Assembly: GCF_006345805.1 (NCBI RefSeq)
Contig: NC_043008.1
Location: 19,902,001-19,966,000, forward strand
From: Octopus sinensis
Taxonomy: Eukaryota
DNA: 64,000 bases
Reading direction: 5' to 3'
Within the stretch, counting starts at the first letter, position 1. Each line of letters begins with the position of its first letter. Below the pieces are notes generated by a model that was not told the DNA's origin, did no database searches, and saw only the letters and a list, made by a program, of their open reading frames with translations. The translations under genes were made by a program, and so were the position numbers. Below are positions 52,069 to 64,000 of this stretch, piece after piece.

Positions 52069-52774
52069 TATTCACAGACACACATATATATAAGTCTATG
52101 CATATTTATATGCTTGTGTATGTATATTTGTATATACTTCACGTTTGAATAAGGGCAATGTACCCATAAATTTCAATTTATTCTACAATCTCTTCAGTTT
52201 GAATCCTCAAATCCTTAATTGGAATCTCGTTTTCTGTTGTTTTTTTTTTGTGCATATGGTTAGATTTTATGCAACTCTAATGAGCATATAAAAAGGAATA
52301 GAAATATTTTGTCGAAACTAATGTAGCAAATTGCTAATTGAAAACATTGGTAATAAATATAGTAGCAAAAAGAACAAAAGTAAAGGTTGAATTTCTGGAA
52401 AATAAACTAAACATTCCAAATCTTATTAAAAAACGGCAATGACTAATCCGAGATATTAAATATGATATACGGATGTAAACGAGATGGCAGATGTGTGAAT
52501 AAAAATGCAATAAAGCTATGAATGAATAAATTTCTGTAAATCTCTGAAGAGTATATATATATATCAGGAACATAATTTGCAAAAATAATTGAGACATTTT
52601 ACGTAATTAAATACGACACAGGAAAGAAAGAAAAAAAAACACAAAATCTGAATTCATATCACAGTTTGTGTGTTAGGATACCACGCACGCGTAGACACGC
52701 ATTCACAGAGACACACATAAGCGCTTATATATAGTATGTACGTACGAAATGCATATATATACATGAGTTTACAA

Positions 52775-52831
52775 ATGTGTATACACATACACAGGCATAT
52801 ATATATATATGTATGTACGTATGTATTTATA

Positions 52832-52866
<35 letters not shown>

Positions 52867-52997
52867 GTATATATAATATATACATATATACATACATATA
52901 TATATATGCCTACATATATATATATATATTATATATATATATGTATGTATAATGTATATATGTATGTCTATATATATGTATATATATATATAATATA

Positions 52998-53049
<52 letters not shown>

Positions 53050-53267
53050 TACTACCCACAAGGGGCTAAACATAGAGGGGACAAACAAGACAGACAAAGG
53101 AATTAAGTCGATTACATCGACCCCAGTGCGAAACTGGTACTTAATTATCGACCCCGAAAGGATGAAAGGCAAAGTCGACCTCGGCGGATTTGAACTCAGA
53201 GCGTAACGGCAGACGAAATACGCTACGCATCTCGCCCGGTGTGCTAACGTGTCTGCCAGCTCGCCGC

Positions 53268-53310
<43 letters not shown>
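52775..53310 (-). mobile_element. SINE-A full length (53043-53270) inserted within a large (TA)n tract
   Basis: Reverse complement of SINE-A with TA repeats on both sides. Confidence 0.93.
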
Positions 53311-53314
<4 letters not shown>

Positions 53315-53315
53315 C

Positions 53316-53479
53316 GCAACGTTGAAGGTGTTTAGAAGCGTGCTGCACGGAATTTTGTCAGTGAACAGGTCGTTGTCTCAAAGCGATGAAAATATTTTGG
53401 CAAATTAAATCTAAACGTTGAAGTGAATCTAACGGTTTTGTGTGCTTCTTAAATGGCTTATAAACACCTTCCATGCTGC
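53316..53479. mobile_element. Small MITE-like inverted-repeat element
   Basis: gaaggtgtttagaagc (53324-53339) vs gcttataaacaccttc (53456-53471), 15/16 complementary. Confidence 0.55.
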
Positions 53480-54704
53480 AACTGTCTTCGTTCCAGCACA
53501 CGTTCTCAGATCAGGTCACTTGCTATGCAACTACATCACAGTAACACACACACACACACACGCACGCATGTCTGTATGTATGTATTTTGACAAACATCAA
53601 TAACATCTGCATGTAGTTTCTTAATTGTTGTTAAAGGTTAGAATGAACGTGTTAACATTTTAAATATATATTCAACAAATCTAACACCAAGCTAAGTAAT
53701 AAAGGAAATTCAAACTTGCCTCAAAATATAGGCATTCATTAATATTTCAGTCAGCTTATTTTAGCAGAAGAATACTGAGCAGATCTTTCGAATTAAAAAG
53801 TTTTACAAACGAAACCTTTATTTCAGTATCAGACAACAGTATCTTGATATGGCTAACCATTATCTTAATTTCGGCTTGTGTACAAAAATTGTTCTTTGCG
53901 ATTCGCAACGATCTATACACAAATAGAACCACTGTGCAAATGATGACAGTATGTGAGATCTTATCTGGGTAAATTCAACTTTAGAGTTAATATAACAACC
54001 AAAAGGCTTAGATCTTAATAATTACTTATTTACAGTAAGAAACTTTAAACTGATATAGAAAACTCCGAAACTTTGATCTTTAGAAACAATTATTGTGGGA
54101 GATCACATCAACAGATGTGATTACAAAAATCTAAACAGAATTGTTAATTTACATTTGCACTCCAGCTCAAGGTCTCCCAGTAAAAAACCTCACAAGCCAA
54201 AATTTCTAATACTCAATTCACATAACTTGCGCATGGAGTCATTTAAAATGCATTTAAAACTTTCTATAAATAACTGACGCATTCGTTTCTAACCCGAAAT
54301 ATATTAAATCCTATTTCGCTCAAAAATAGACAAACCGTCACAGGGAAAGGAAGATTAAATATCCCAGCTCACTAAATAACACAGTAACTTCCTATGTCAA
54401 GAAATCTAGGCAAAAACTTCAGTTAAATATGACACTAACTCCTCACAAAAATTTGTTTACATGTTCAGTAACTTATATCAGGAGAGGTGTTATGAATTCA
54501 AGCAGCTACTGAAAGATATATTATCTATGTAAATAATACAAAACCAGATTTGTATCGGGGCCTCCTATCTAATTTATATATCTCTAGTCGCGGTATTTAC
54601 CATTCTCAGTACATAAATATACCGTTAGTTAGCGACGTTTCTTAGTATCTGCTATGGAAAGTAAAAATTTATAGTCAGCACACAAATCGAACAAATATAT
54701 ATAT

Positions 54705-54748
<44 letters not shown>

Positions 54749-54864
54749 CGGAAAGCTTTATGAAAATAGACAAAAGACGAAGGCAGGTGGAAAGCAAACG
54801 AACAAATATATATTATATATATATACATACATACATACTACATACATACATGCATACAACATGC

Positions 54865-54915
<51 letters not shown>

Positions 54916-54927
54916 TGTATATATATA

Positions 54928-55071
54928 GTGCAGGCGTGGCTGAGTGGTAAAAAGCTTGCTTTCCAACCACATGGTTCCACAGGTTCTGTCCCACTGTCTC
55001 TTCTACTGAAGTCGCGGGGCGACCAAAGCCTTGTGAGTGGATTTGGTAGACGGAAACTGAAAGAATCTCGT

Positions 55072-55075
<4 letters not shown>
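54928..55075 (+). mobile_element. SINE-B 5' half followed by a long TA/TG tract to ~55365
   Basis: Head and body match; internal deletion; 3' half absent. Confidence 0.85.
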
Positions 55076-55145
<70 letters not shown>

Positions 55146-55270
55146 TATGTATGTATGTATATATCTATATATTATATGTGTGTGTGTATGTGTGTATGTA
55201 TGTATGTATATATATATATATATATATATATAATATGGTGTGTGTGTGTATGTATATATATATATATATG

Positions 55271-55305
<35 letters not shown>

Positions 55306-55317
55306 GGTTGTGTGATG

Positions 55318-55357
<40 letters not shown>

Positions 55358-58300
55358 TATATATATAGTCGGACTGGTGAATTTGATGCTTTTGAAATCT
55401 CAAAAAAATAATTGACCAAATCGTGCTTTTTCCAGAAATAGGAAGGCCTTTGCAGTTAGCTTAACTTAATCTTTTTGTCTTCTCAGCCATTCACCACTTT
55501 TTTCAGGAGTTACCATTTCGCTTTTTCCCTCAAGCGTCGTATACACTAAATAACCATGGAAAAATTTAAGTTTGTTCTCTTAGATGGAATAAAGAATCAT
55601 AAGTGTACCTATTATCGCGTACGCAATTCATTGTTCAAGAATACGTACATACGTCATAAAGTCTACCTCCTTATACGCAAACGTACTATTGATAAAATAA
55701 CGATTGGTATTGATTAATACATGAACCCCCAGGCTTCATATAATGCTTGAATACGATGTGTTTCTGCGTAGTCATTACTTGGCAATATGTGTAAGCTTAT
55801 CCCCTTCCCTGAGCTATTGAATACGTATTTCCATATGCATTTTAATACTTGTTCATCGTAATATTATTGACAACATTTTCTCATTAATAAGTGTCTACTA
55901 ATTCATCAATGAAATCCTATGTGTGTGAATATGTGGGTTTATATGCGTGTTTCACTTTCTGCATGCAAGCAGGTGTCATGTGTTTGCATTAATGTCGGAA
56001 ACAATAAATAATGTTTTTTTACGAGGAACCTTACCCCTTTAAATGAAAATGTAGCTGTTAATAATTATTTTGAAATAGTTGTGTTAATTAACCAATGAAT
56101 TAAATGCGTTTTATAGGAACATATTATAACATAAACTTTATGCGAAAACGAATATGTCAATATAAATTAATTACATATCACGCAACAAATAAAATGTCCG
56201 TTTCCATCGAAGATAAATAAGTTACCTTAACACTAATGACAACTGATGTTTTATGTTAATGAAAATGTATCGCACTTTTAAAATGCATTGCTGCTCTACT
56301 AAAATTTTTAAATCGTTTTTTTTCATCACAAAATTGCACAAAACACAATGTACAAAACACAGTGAAAGCAAAACTAGTGGAATTTTATATAAAACAGACT
56401 GAATACGATAATTATACAGCATGTACTAATAGAATGGATTAATTATGAATGATAGACCTACGGGCAATGCGTTTTACCATTTGCTGTGATAATTTGCTGG
56501 AAACGTGTTCAACATTCGGTGTAATGAGCTTTATATTTCTAGGTATGTTATATAACTTGGCTATAGATAATATTGAAATCTCACGCTATACTTTAGAGAA
56601 TGTAAAGTGAAGGAACGCAAAAGTATCATTCATTATGTTTCCTTACGTTCATATAGTGTATCTACACAATTTCACATTTTAATGTATTGTGGGAATTTAA
56701 TCTTAGAATTAATTTCAAGCAGTTATGGTGGATTGATTTCAGACTATTGTAAACTGATCACCTTCAGATTAAGATTAGTAACTGAACTGAAAATAATTAA
56801 AAACATTTAAAGTAAAACCATTGCGATAAAAGTGTTTGATGGACATTCAAATTGAAATGCAACGTCGGAGTCTATATACTGAGCTACCTGCTACCTTGTT
56901 AAAAGCAGGATTTAATATAAATTTCTTTTACGAGCCGATGTACCAATGATGTCGCTTAGACAATCAAAGGAATGAACGTGCTGTCGTTAAAAGGGCTCCG
57001 AGATTAATCAAATATCACCATGCTATAGTAACTTATACGTTACGGAATGTCTTAGAAGCAATTACAAACATACGGTGTAATGATATTTCATTCGAAGCTC
57101 ACTCGCAGTAAAATAAGTACATATAATTTCTCAGAGTATGATGCACAATGTAATAAAATGCTAATCCAGAAGCAAATGATATCAAATATATAACTTCAGA
57201 ATCGTAGGTTCAACCAATTTGATTACATTTTCATTTTTAATACTTTTTCTCACTAAGTATGTTTGCGATCATATTGTATTTCTCTTCACTATTAAGCAGT
57301 TGTTAATGATCTCAACTAAAGTAATACATGATATAAAGGATAATTATTAATATCGTTAATATAGCTATAATCAATAATATAATTAGTATTATATCATTCA
57401 ACAGAGAAAAGCTCGCAACTAAAAGTAAACAGATATGCAACTAGGGTAATTTCATGTCATTAATTATTTCTCGTTTAAAGTTAGTCTTGAAACAACTTAC
57501 CTCTGTTGATATATTATTTCAACGTGACAAGCTCCTTCATATTCTACTCGAGATTTAATTATATCTCACAATCACATTATAATGAAACCCCATTAAACTA
57601 CAATTGACATATTATTCACATTGTTCAACAGAAAAATCCCACAACTCAAAGAATCGATGGTGCTATAAAGGAAATAAGACATCGATACTTGCATTTGAGA
57701 AGTTGTTTACATAGACGATCTCCTATTTCTAACGAACAATGATGTTGTCTCAACACAGTCATCAGTTGCACTTGCAAGAGCAGATACATTTTTCTCAAAC
57801 TTACCACTATTGGTAGAAACATTTCATGAATATATTGCGAAATAAATTTTCTAGTAACATTCAAACTAAGAAAACTGGAATGCGTAGCTGTTGAAATACA
57901 TAATTAATTTTTTAGCGAGAGACGTGAAGAAATTTACCGAGATATTCAGAACATATACAAACTTTAATTAGAGAAAGGCAGCATCCAAAGTACTCGAAGA
58001 GTTTAAAGCAATGATCCGCATGGTGCAAGTCACAGTGATCAAAGCTATTCTGGTAGAAAGAACAACAATAAACTGAGCTATTAGCTGTTCCTTCTTTATT
58101 ATTTAACACGACAGTGGGAGATGAGAGCAACTCCCACATGAAAAGAAAACGATATACAATAGAAGGAGAAAACGTAAAGGTTTCATCGTGTTGCTTAGAG
58201 GCATTCTAAATCACACAATACCTTGAAATTGTGACATCGAAAGAAATTACTTTATTCTATTTCGATGTATTGCAACGAAAGGTAACTGTGCAAGTATGCA

Positions 58301-58674
58301 TTGGTATGATTAGAAGGAATAACAAATCTAAATTCACAGGTTCTGGTACTGCTAACATCAAGGTGCTAATATTTCCTCCAAGGCGCAAAGAGAATCAATC
58401 TCCGAAATGTGCTATTAGTTTTTATTTATTTATTTACTGTTACTCCTTCCCCTCAGATCGATAAGCCTTATGTATACAGGTTTTTAGAGAAGTGAGGGGT
58501 AATTTACTTAGTTACAAGGCTTGCTGGAAATAGTAGTAATCTATCTGTTCAGTCACTTTTCAATGTTTTAAGAAACTATTGTATAGTGTACTTCGCTATA
58601 CAACCTTTCTGAAATCTATTCACTCTAATCATGAAATGTATATGAACATTGTCACTACTATAATTAAAGAGGAT

Positions 58675-58985
<311 letters not shown>

Positions 58986-60257
58986 ACACACACATTTACA
59001 CACACGTGCAATATATCGGAAAGGAATAAATAGCTTAATCACTACAACCATGATAAAGTATATGTCCCTTATTAACATCAATACAGAAAATTTATAAAAA
59101 ATGTATAATAATTTAAGTATTTAAACTACAAATCGTTTATTTAGTTATTTAGATTATATCTATAGAGACTGATACCCGATGTTCTACCCTATCTGATCAT
59201 TTTATTATTTCATAGTAGCCTTTATGAAATAAACTTAATTTTTGTACTCTTATAAATTCATACTTAGCTTATATAAAATAATACAGGTATCTTCACAACT
59301 TAAAATAAACTGCTTAGATTATAATTTAATTAATATATAGTTAACATACTCTTTCGCCTCCGTACTCTTTTATTAAATATCAGTAAATGCCAATGACCAA
59401 TCTTTTATAGATACCATCTAATCAGTTAATATTTAAGTATATAATATGTATAATATTAAACTATTTCTATGTAATTTCTTTTTCGCCCTCTATTGTGGTA
59501 AAGTTTGGTATATCATCAAAACTATTAAAAACACTTTTATCCTTTTGTTATACTATTCTTCTTAATAGTCTTCTTGTTGACCTTAAATTTTAACTTTATT
59601 CAATATGGCAATATTGTTTAAATATTTAACTATAGTACCCCATGATAAATTTTCCCCTGTATTATCATTATCGCTTTACAAATGTGTCTTGTCCCATTAT
59701 TTGTCAGCTAACATCTTGATTTAAGTTTTCCTTTACCAAATCTCATCATATTGCTTCCAATTAATCTTGATAGTTTTAAGATTATATCCACTAGGATTTT
59801 TGTCGACTCCCTCTGCCTCTTTCCGAACAGATACTGTTCCTTATTCATTGACCTTAGATTTTGATATACAATGATGTGATACACAAGACTATCACTTAAA
59901 ACCGACTCTCAGAACAGAGACAAGCTAGATCTCTAACAAAGTTTCTCCCTGATATATTAGTAGTGTCTAAGCTGAAGTGAAGACAGCAAGTTCGTTGTCT
60001 ATCTCCTTACTTTCTTGGAGGTTTTAGTCAAAATTCTACTAATGTGTTTTAATGTTCTTTAATCCTATGTGTTTATGCAACTGAGGATCGATGTAAATGG
60101 TTGCATTGTTCAATTAAATGGAGTCGCTTGAAGCGAACGTACTGCATTACCTCTGGATCTCCTGTTGCTTATTTTGATTTGAACCACCTTATTTTGAAAC
60201 TGTATGAATAATACTGTACTAGATTCTGGTGCCTCAAGAAAATTAAATTCATCTGAA

Positions 60258-60310
<53 letters not shown>

Positions 60311-60322
60311 ATATATATATAC

Positions 60323-60375
<53 letters not shown>
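60258..60375. repeat. (CT)n/(TA)n tract
   Basis: Direct reading. Confidence 0.95.
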
Positions 60376-60378
<3 letters not shown>

Positions 60379-62150
60379 AAGAGAAAAGAGAGAGGTGGGG
60401 TCTGCTTTGGAAATGCGTTCGTGTGTTAGTAAATACCTCCAATGTTTTTTTATAACACAAACACACTTCGAATGGGGGAGTTGTTCCGCTGCGTTGGCAG
60501 ACGTTTTGACTAGTGCAAACATTTAATTACTTAAATTCTGTTTTTTTTTCTTTTTATTACTAATGCCTTTTCTGTCATTCATTTTCCCCCTTTCCCCTTT
60601 CTCTCTTGATGAAGATATATATATATATAAAGAGAGAGAGAGAGAGTGAGAGAGAGCGGAGAGAAACCTATATATACTTTCGTACATAAGTATATATGTG
60701 GATATTCTAAATAATTCCGTTTCAGACTTATCACTCATGCGTAAATCACTCATGCATACACCCACACATGTGTTTGAAATTCTCTCCTAACCTGTCCTGC
60801 GTTTGTTTCATACATCTAGCATTTGAGGTTAAATTTCGTTTGTTCAAACGTAGTGTGGCTCCCTTTATTATTCCTGCTTGGTTAAATATCAAATGAAACG
60901 AAACGTGAGTTATTAGTTGTGGAAATGTGCATAAAGTGTGGACAAGCTGTATGGATATAATGAATTCAACTCTAATTATGACCGCTTGTCACTTACTGAA
61001 TGTATAATATTTCGATCTCGTAAAATATTTTAAAATATACCTCCTCTTTTCAGAGCACTTCAACTTTACACAGCTATCTCTTGAAACATTCAACATATTT
61101 GAAGTGGATTCCATTGGATTCTTACGCATAAACTTATTACATATAGCTGTTTGAATATTTAATAAATCCACTCCAGTAATTTAATTTCATACGTATTATT
61201 ATAATATTCTTGTCAGAGATCACAAATTTGAGTTGACGTTCAGAATACTAAGAATAATAATGCCTTAGATATACACCATAGCAGTATTGGTAGAGAAGTT
61301 ATAACAGATGATTGCAAATGTTAATAAACTTAAGATAAACCAAAGATTTAATGCAGGCCATACAGAAGTGAAACTATATACCGTAAAGATACGGTGAGGT
61401 TTTGCTGGGTATATAATCTTCCAGTCATTTTAAGCACAAATGCTTAAACTGTATAAATTCATGAACAGCATTACTGATATAACGTATGACCTTATGAAAC
61501 GCATTACCATTGCAAGATAAGACACTAGCTTTAATGTGGTAGCTAAAAAAGACCATTTCTTTTCCTACACGCATATTTTGTACCATCTAAACCTCGTAAT
61601 TAACGTAAGCTAATGTCATTATTTCGATGGGAATTAACCTCTCACACGTCTAATACTACATTTCAGCAATTGTATTCCCATATTTGTTGTTTTCAATTTC
61701 TGTATTGCGCTGGCAGCCTTCTAGTTCCCAATCACCGTAAAGTGATTATGATTAAATGTGTACACATCTCATTACAAACTCAGTAATTGTATTTCTTGCA
61801 ACAAAATTCTATCAGTATTAATCCTTCAGCAACGACCCAGCGAGACAATAGATTATCAACATTTGAAATATTTGAGCTAGTTTCAATTACAGCGATCATA
61901 TTGTTCTCAAGTTTGAGATAAATTTGCAGACTGCATTTTCAATTAACTTTGTGCACACAAATTCTTTGAATTTCTGTACGGGATTCTTCTTGTTTTATCA
62001 ATACATGATACTATAGCTGCCTGGGATTTCTGATTTTGACACCATAAATGTTACTTAATTAAGTCGCTTGATTAGAATAGAAAATTCAAAGATTGGTTTC
62101 GAAACTTCTGTTATTCTTAATATTCTCTCTCTGTTATATGTGTCAAAAGG

Positions 62151-62381
62151 AGGCGGCGAGCTGGCAGAAACGTTAGCACGCCGGGCGAAATGCGTTGCCG
62201 TATTTCGTCCGCCGTTACGTTCTGAGTTCAAATTACGCGGAGGTCGACTTTGCCTTTCATTCTTTCGGGGTCGATAAATTAAGTACCAGTTATGCACTGG
62301 AGTCGATATAATCGACTTAATCCCTTTGTCTGTCCTTGTTTGTTTCTTCTGTGTTTAGCCCCTTGTGGGTAGTAAAGAAAT
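62151..62381 (+). mobile_element. SINE-A full length (tRNA-like A/B boxes; central gcctttcatcc.ttcggggtcgataaattaagtaccag block)
   Basis: Cleanest copy. The central block resembles the Meta/Sauria-type SINE domain as I recall it (needs a Dfam/Repbase check). Confidence 0.94.
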
Positions 62382-62387
62382 ATACAT

Positions 62388-62795
62388 GTAGGAGTGGCTG
62401 TGTGGTAAGTAGCTTGCTAACCAACCACATGGTTCCGGGTTCGGTCCCACTGCGTGGAATCTTGGGCAAGTGTCTTCTGCTATAGCACCGGGCCGACCAA
62501 TGCCTTGTGAGTGGATTTGGTAGACGGAAACTGAAAGAAGCCTGTCGTATATATGTATATATATATGTATGTGTGTGTTTGTGCGTCTGTGTTTGTCCGC
62601 CTAGCATTGCTTGACAACCGATGCTTGTGTGTTTACGTCCCCGTCACCTAGCGGTTCGACAAAAGAGACCGATAGAATAAGTACTGGGCTTACAAAGAAT
62701 AATTCCCGGGGTCGATTTTCTCGACTAAAGGCGGTGCTCCAGCATGGCCGCAGTCAAATGACTGAAACAAGTGAAAGAGTAAAAGAGTAAAAGAG
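62388..62795 (+). mobile_element. SINE-B full length, directly abutting the SINE-A tail
   Basis: Same family. Confidence 0.95.
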
Positions 62796-63357
62796 TATGT
62801 GTCATAAACTGTATTTCGCAATTGAATAAGAAAGAAGTATATCCATCGTTACAATTTCGCTTGTTCCTTTATTGTAATTAAAAACTACTTCATGTTCCTT
62901 ACTTCAACTAACTGTATTAAAATGATATCGCAATAGCCATTTCAAGATGAAGAAGATGTATCGTATTTCTTTTTCTCAATTCTGTCAATATATAAAGTAT
63001 CTCCGTAACGAGTCCTTGATTTCCGTTGCAATTATTTGCTTGACATAGAGGACTTCCAATAAACTTTGAATAATATTCGATATGACTATACGTTCCAGAA
63101 CGAACTTCACATTTTCCAAGATATTATACTATTATATTAAGCAATTTAAGAATATAGGTGTTGATACGTTCGTATACTGTGTTATAGAAGTGGAATCTAA
63201 AATTTCGCATTTGACTCGCCATGAGAGAGAAAAAAAACTTTTCAGTTAAAAATCTGTTATCTTTGTGACAGAGCCTCTGTTACAAAAACGTTAGATTCTC
63301 TATCGTAACATGACATACGAACTTACCCGAAGTTTTCAGTTTCCTTGTTTCATATTC

Positions 63358-63652
63358 CCTAAAATGCAAATATATGGGAAACTACCACCTGTGTCATCTC
63401 TTGTGAAAGGTAGGAGAGTCCAGTTTGCTGGACATTGTTGTAGAGCTGAAAAAGAAGTAATTTCTACTCTTCTCTGGAAGCCATCTAATCGCAATACCAC
63501 AGGGCGCACACTCTCCTACCCTGATGTAATCTCCAGGGATACAGGCATCCAGCAACAGGACCTCCGTAATGCCATGATGGACCGTGAAGTCTGGCGTAGC
63601 GTGGTAAATTCCATTGTCTCGACCACGGTCGAACAATGATGATGATGATGAT
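63358..63652 (+). mobile_element. 5'-truncated RTE-clade LINE 3' end
   Basis: IYGKLPPVSSLVKGRRVQFAGHCCR...GRTLSYPDVISRDTG...LRNAMMDREVWRSVV*, followed by a (TGA)n tail, typical of RTE. Confidence 0.9.
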
Positions 63653-64000
63653 TCCCTAACGCATTTCAACCATTTTTTTTTCACATGACGTTTTTTGTTA
63701 ATTCTTTCTTAAATGTGGGATCCTACAAAGCAAAGGAAAATCGTAAATAGAATCGAAGTTTTAGTATTTCAATAACACAGAACTCACAACTAGCATACAG
63801 GCCAACTACGTCTGACATTTCTCAAGACAACCTTTTGTACGTTGGCGTTGATAAGTGAAAATAACAGTAGCACCACGACAACACACGCTTCAAAATATTC
63901 AGTGCTGGAATTGACACATATGCATATAGGTTGAATGCTTGATAACCCATAGGTGTAAGTTTATTCCATTATTGATATATGTAGCGAAACAATTACATCT

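Noticed and set aside
60100-61170. Exon-like ORFs near 60150 and 61000-61140
   Set aside because: Both strands equally plausible and signals weak; not supportable without RNA data.

Overview
AT-rich eukaryotic (animal) DNA dominated by microsatellites and interspersed repeats. The repeat families look like those I recall from Octopus/coleoid cephalopod genomes; this is inference, not a database result. Almost every ORF in the supplied track is an artefact of (TA)n/(TG)n/(AAT)n/(GAT)n tracts or of SINE sequence. Supported content: (1) four tRNA-headed SINE families, my labels A-D, about 35 copies, many nested or tandem; (2) 3' fragments of three LINEs (R4/Dong-like, CR1/L2-group, RTE); (3) decayed mariner and Tc1 transposases, MITEs, a fold-back element and Helitron-type elements; (4) a deleted, diverged 28S rRNA fragment; (5) several short candidate spliced exons of unidentified gene(s), some of uncertain strand. 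Most notable observations: three minimal type-I hammerhead-ribozyme folds in Penelope-like remnants; a SINE/LINE pair sharing a 3' stem-loop with compensatory changes; repeated nesting of SINE-A in SINE heads; and several long fold-back structures that would be ADAR substrates if transcribed. No CRISPR array, intact tRNA/rRNA gene or intact transposase/RT ORF was seen. I cannot claim a proven new system. Repeat boundaries are read by eye and are approximate.
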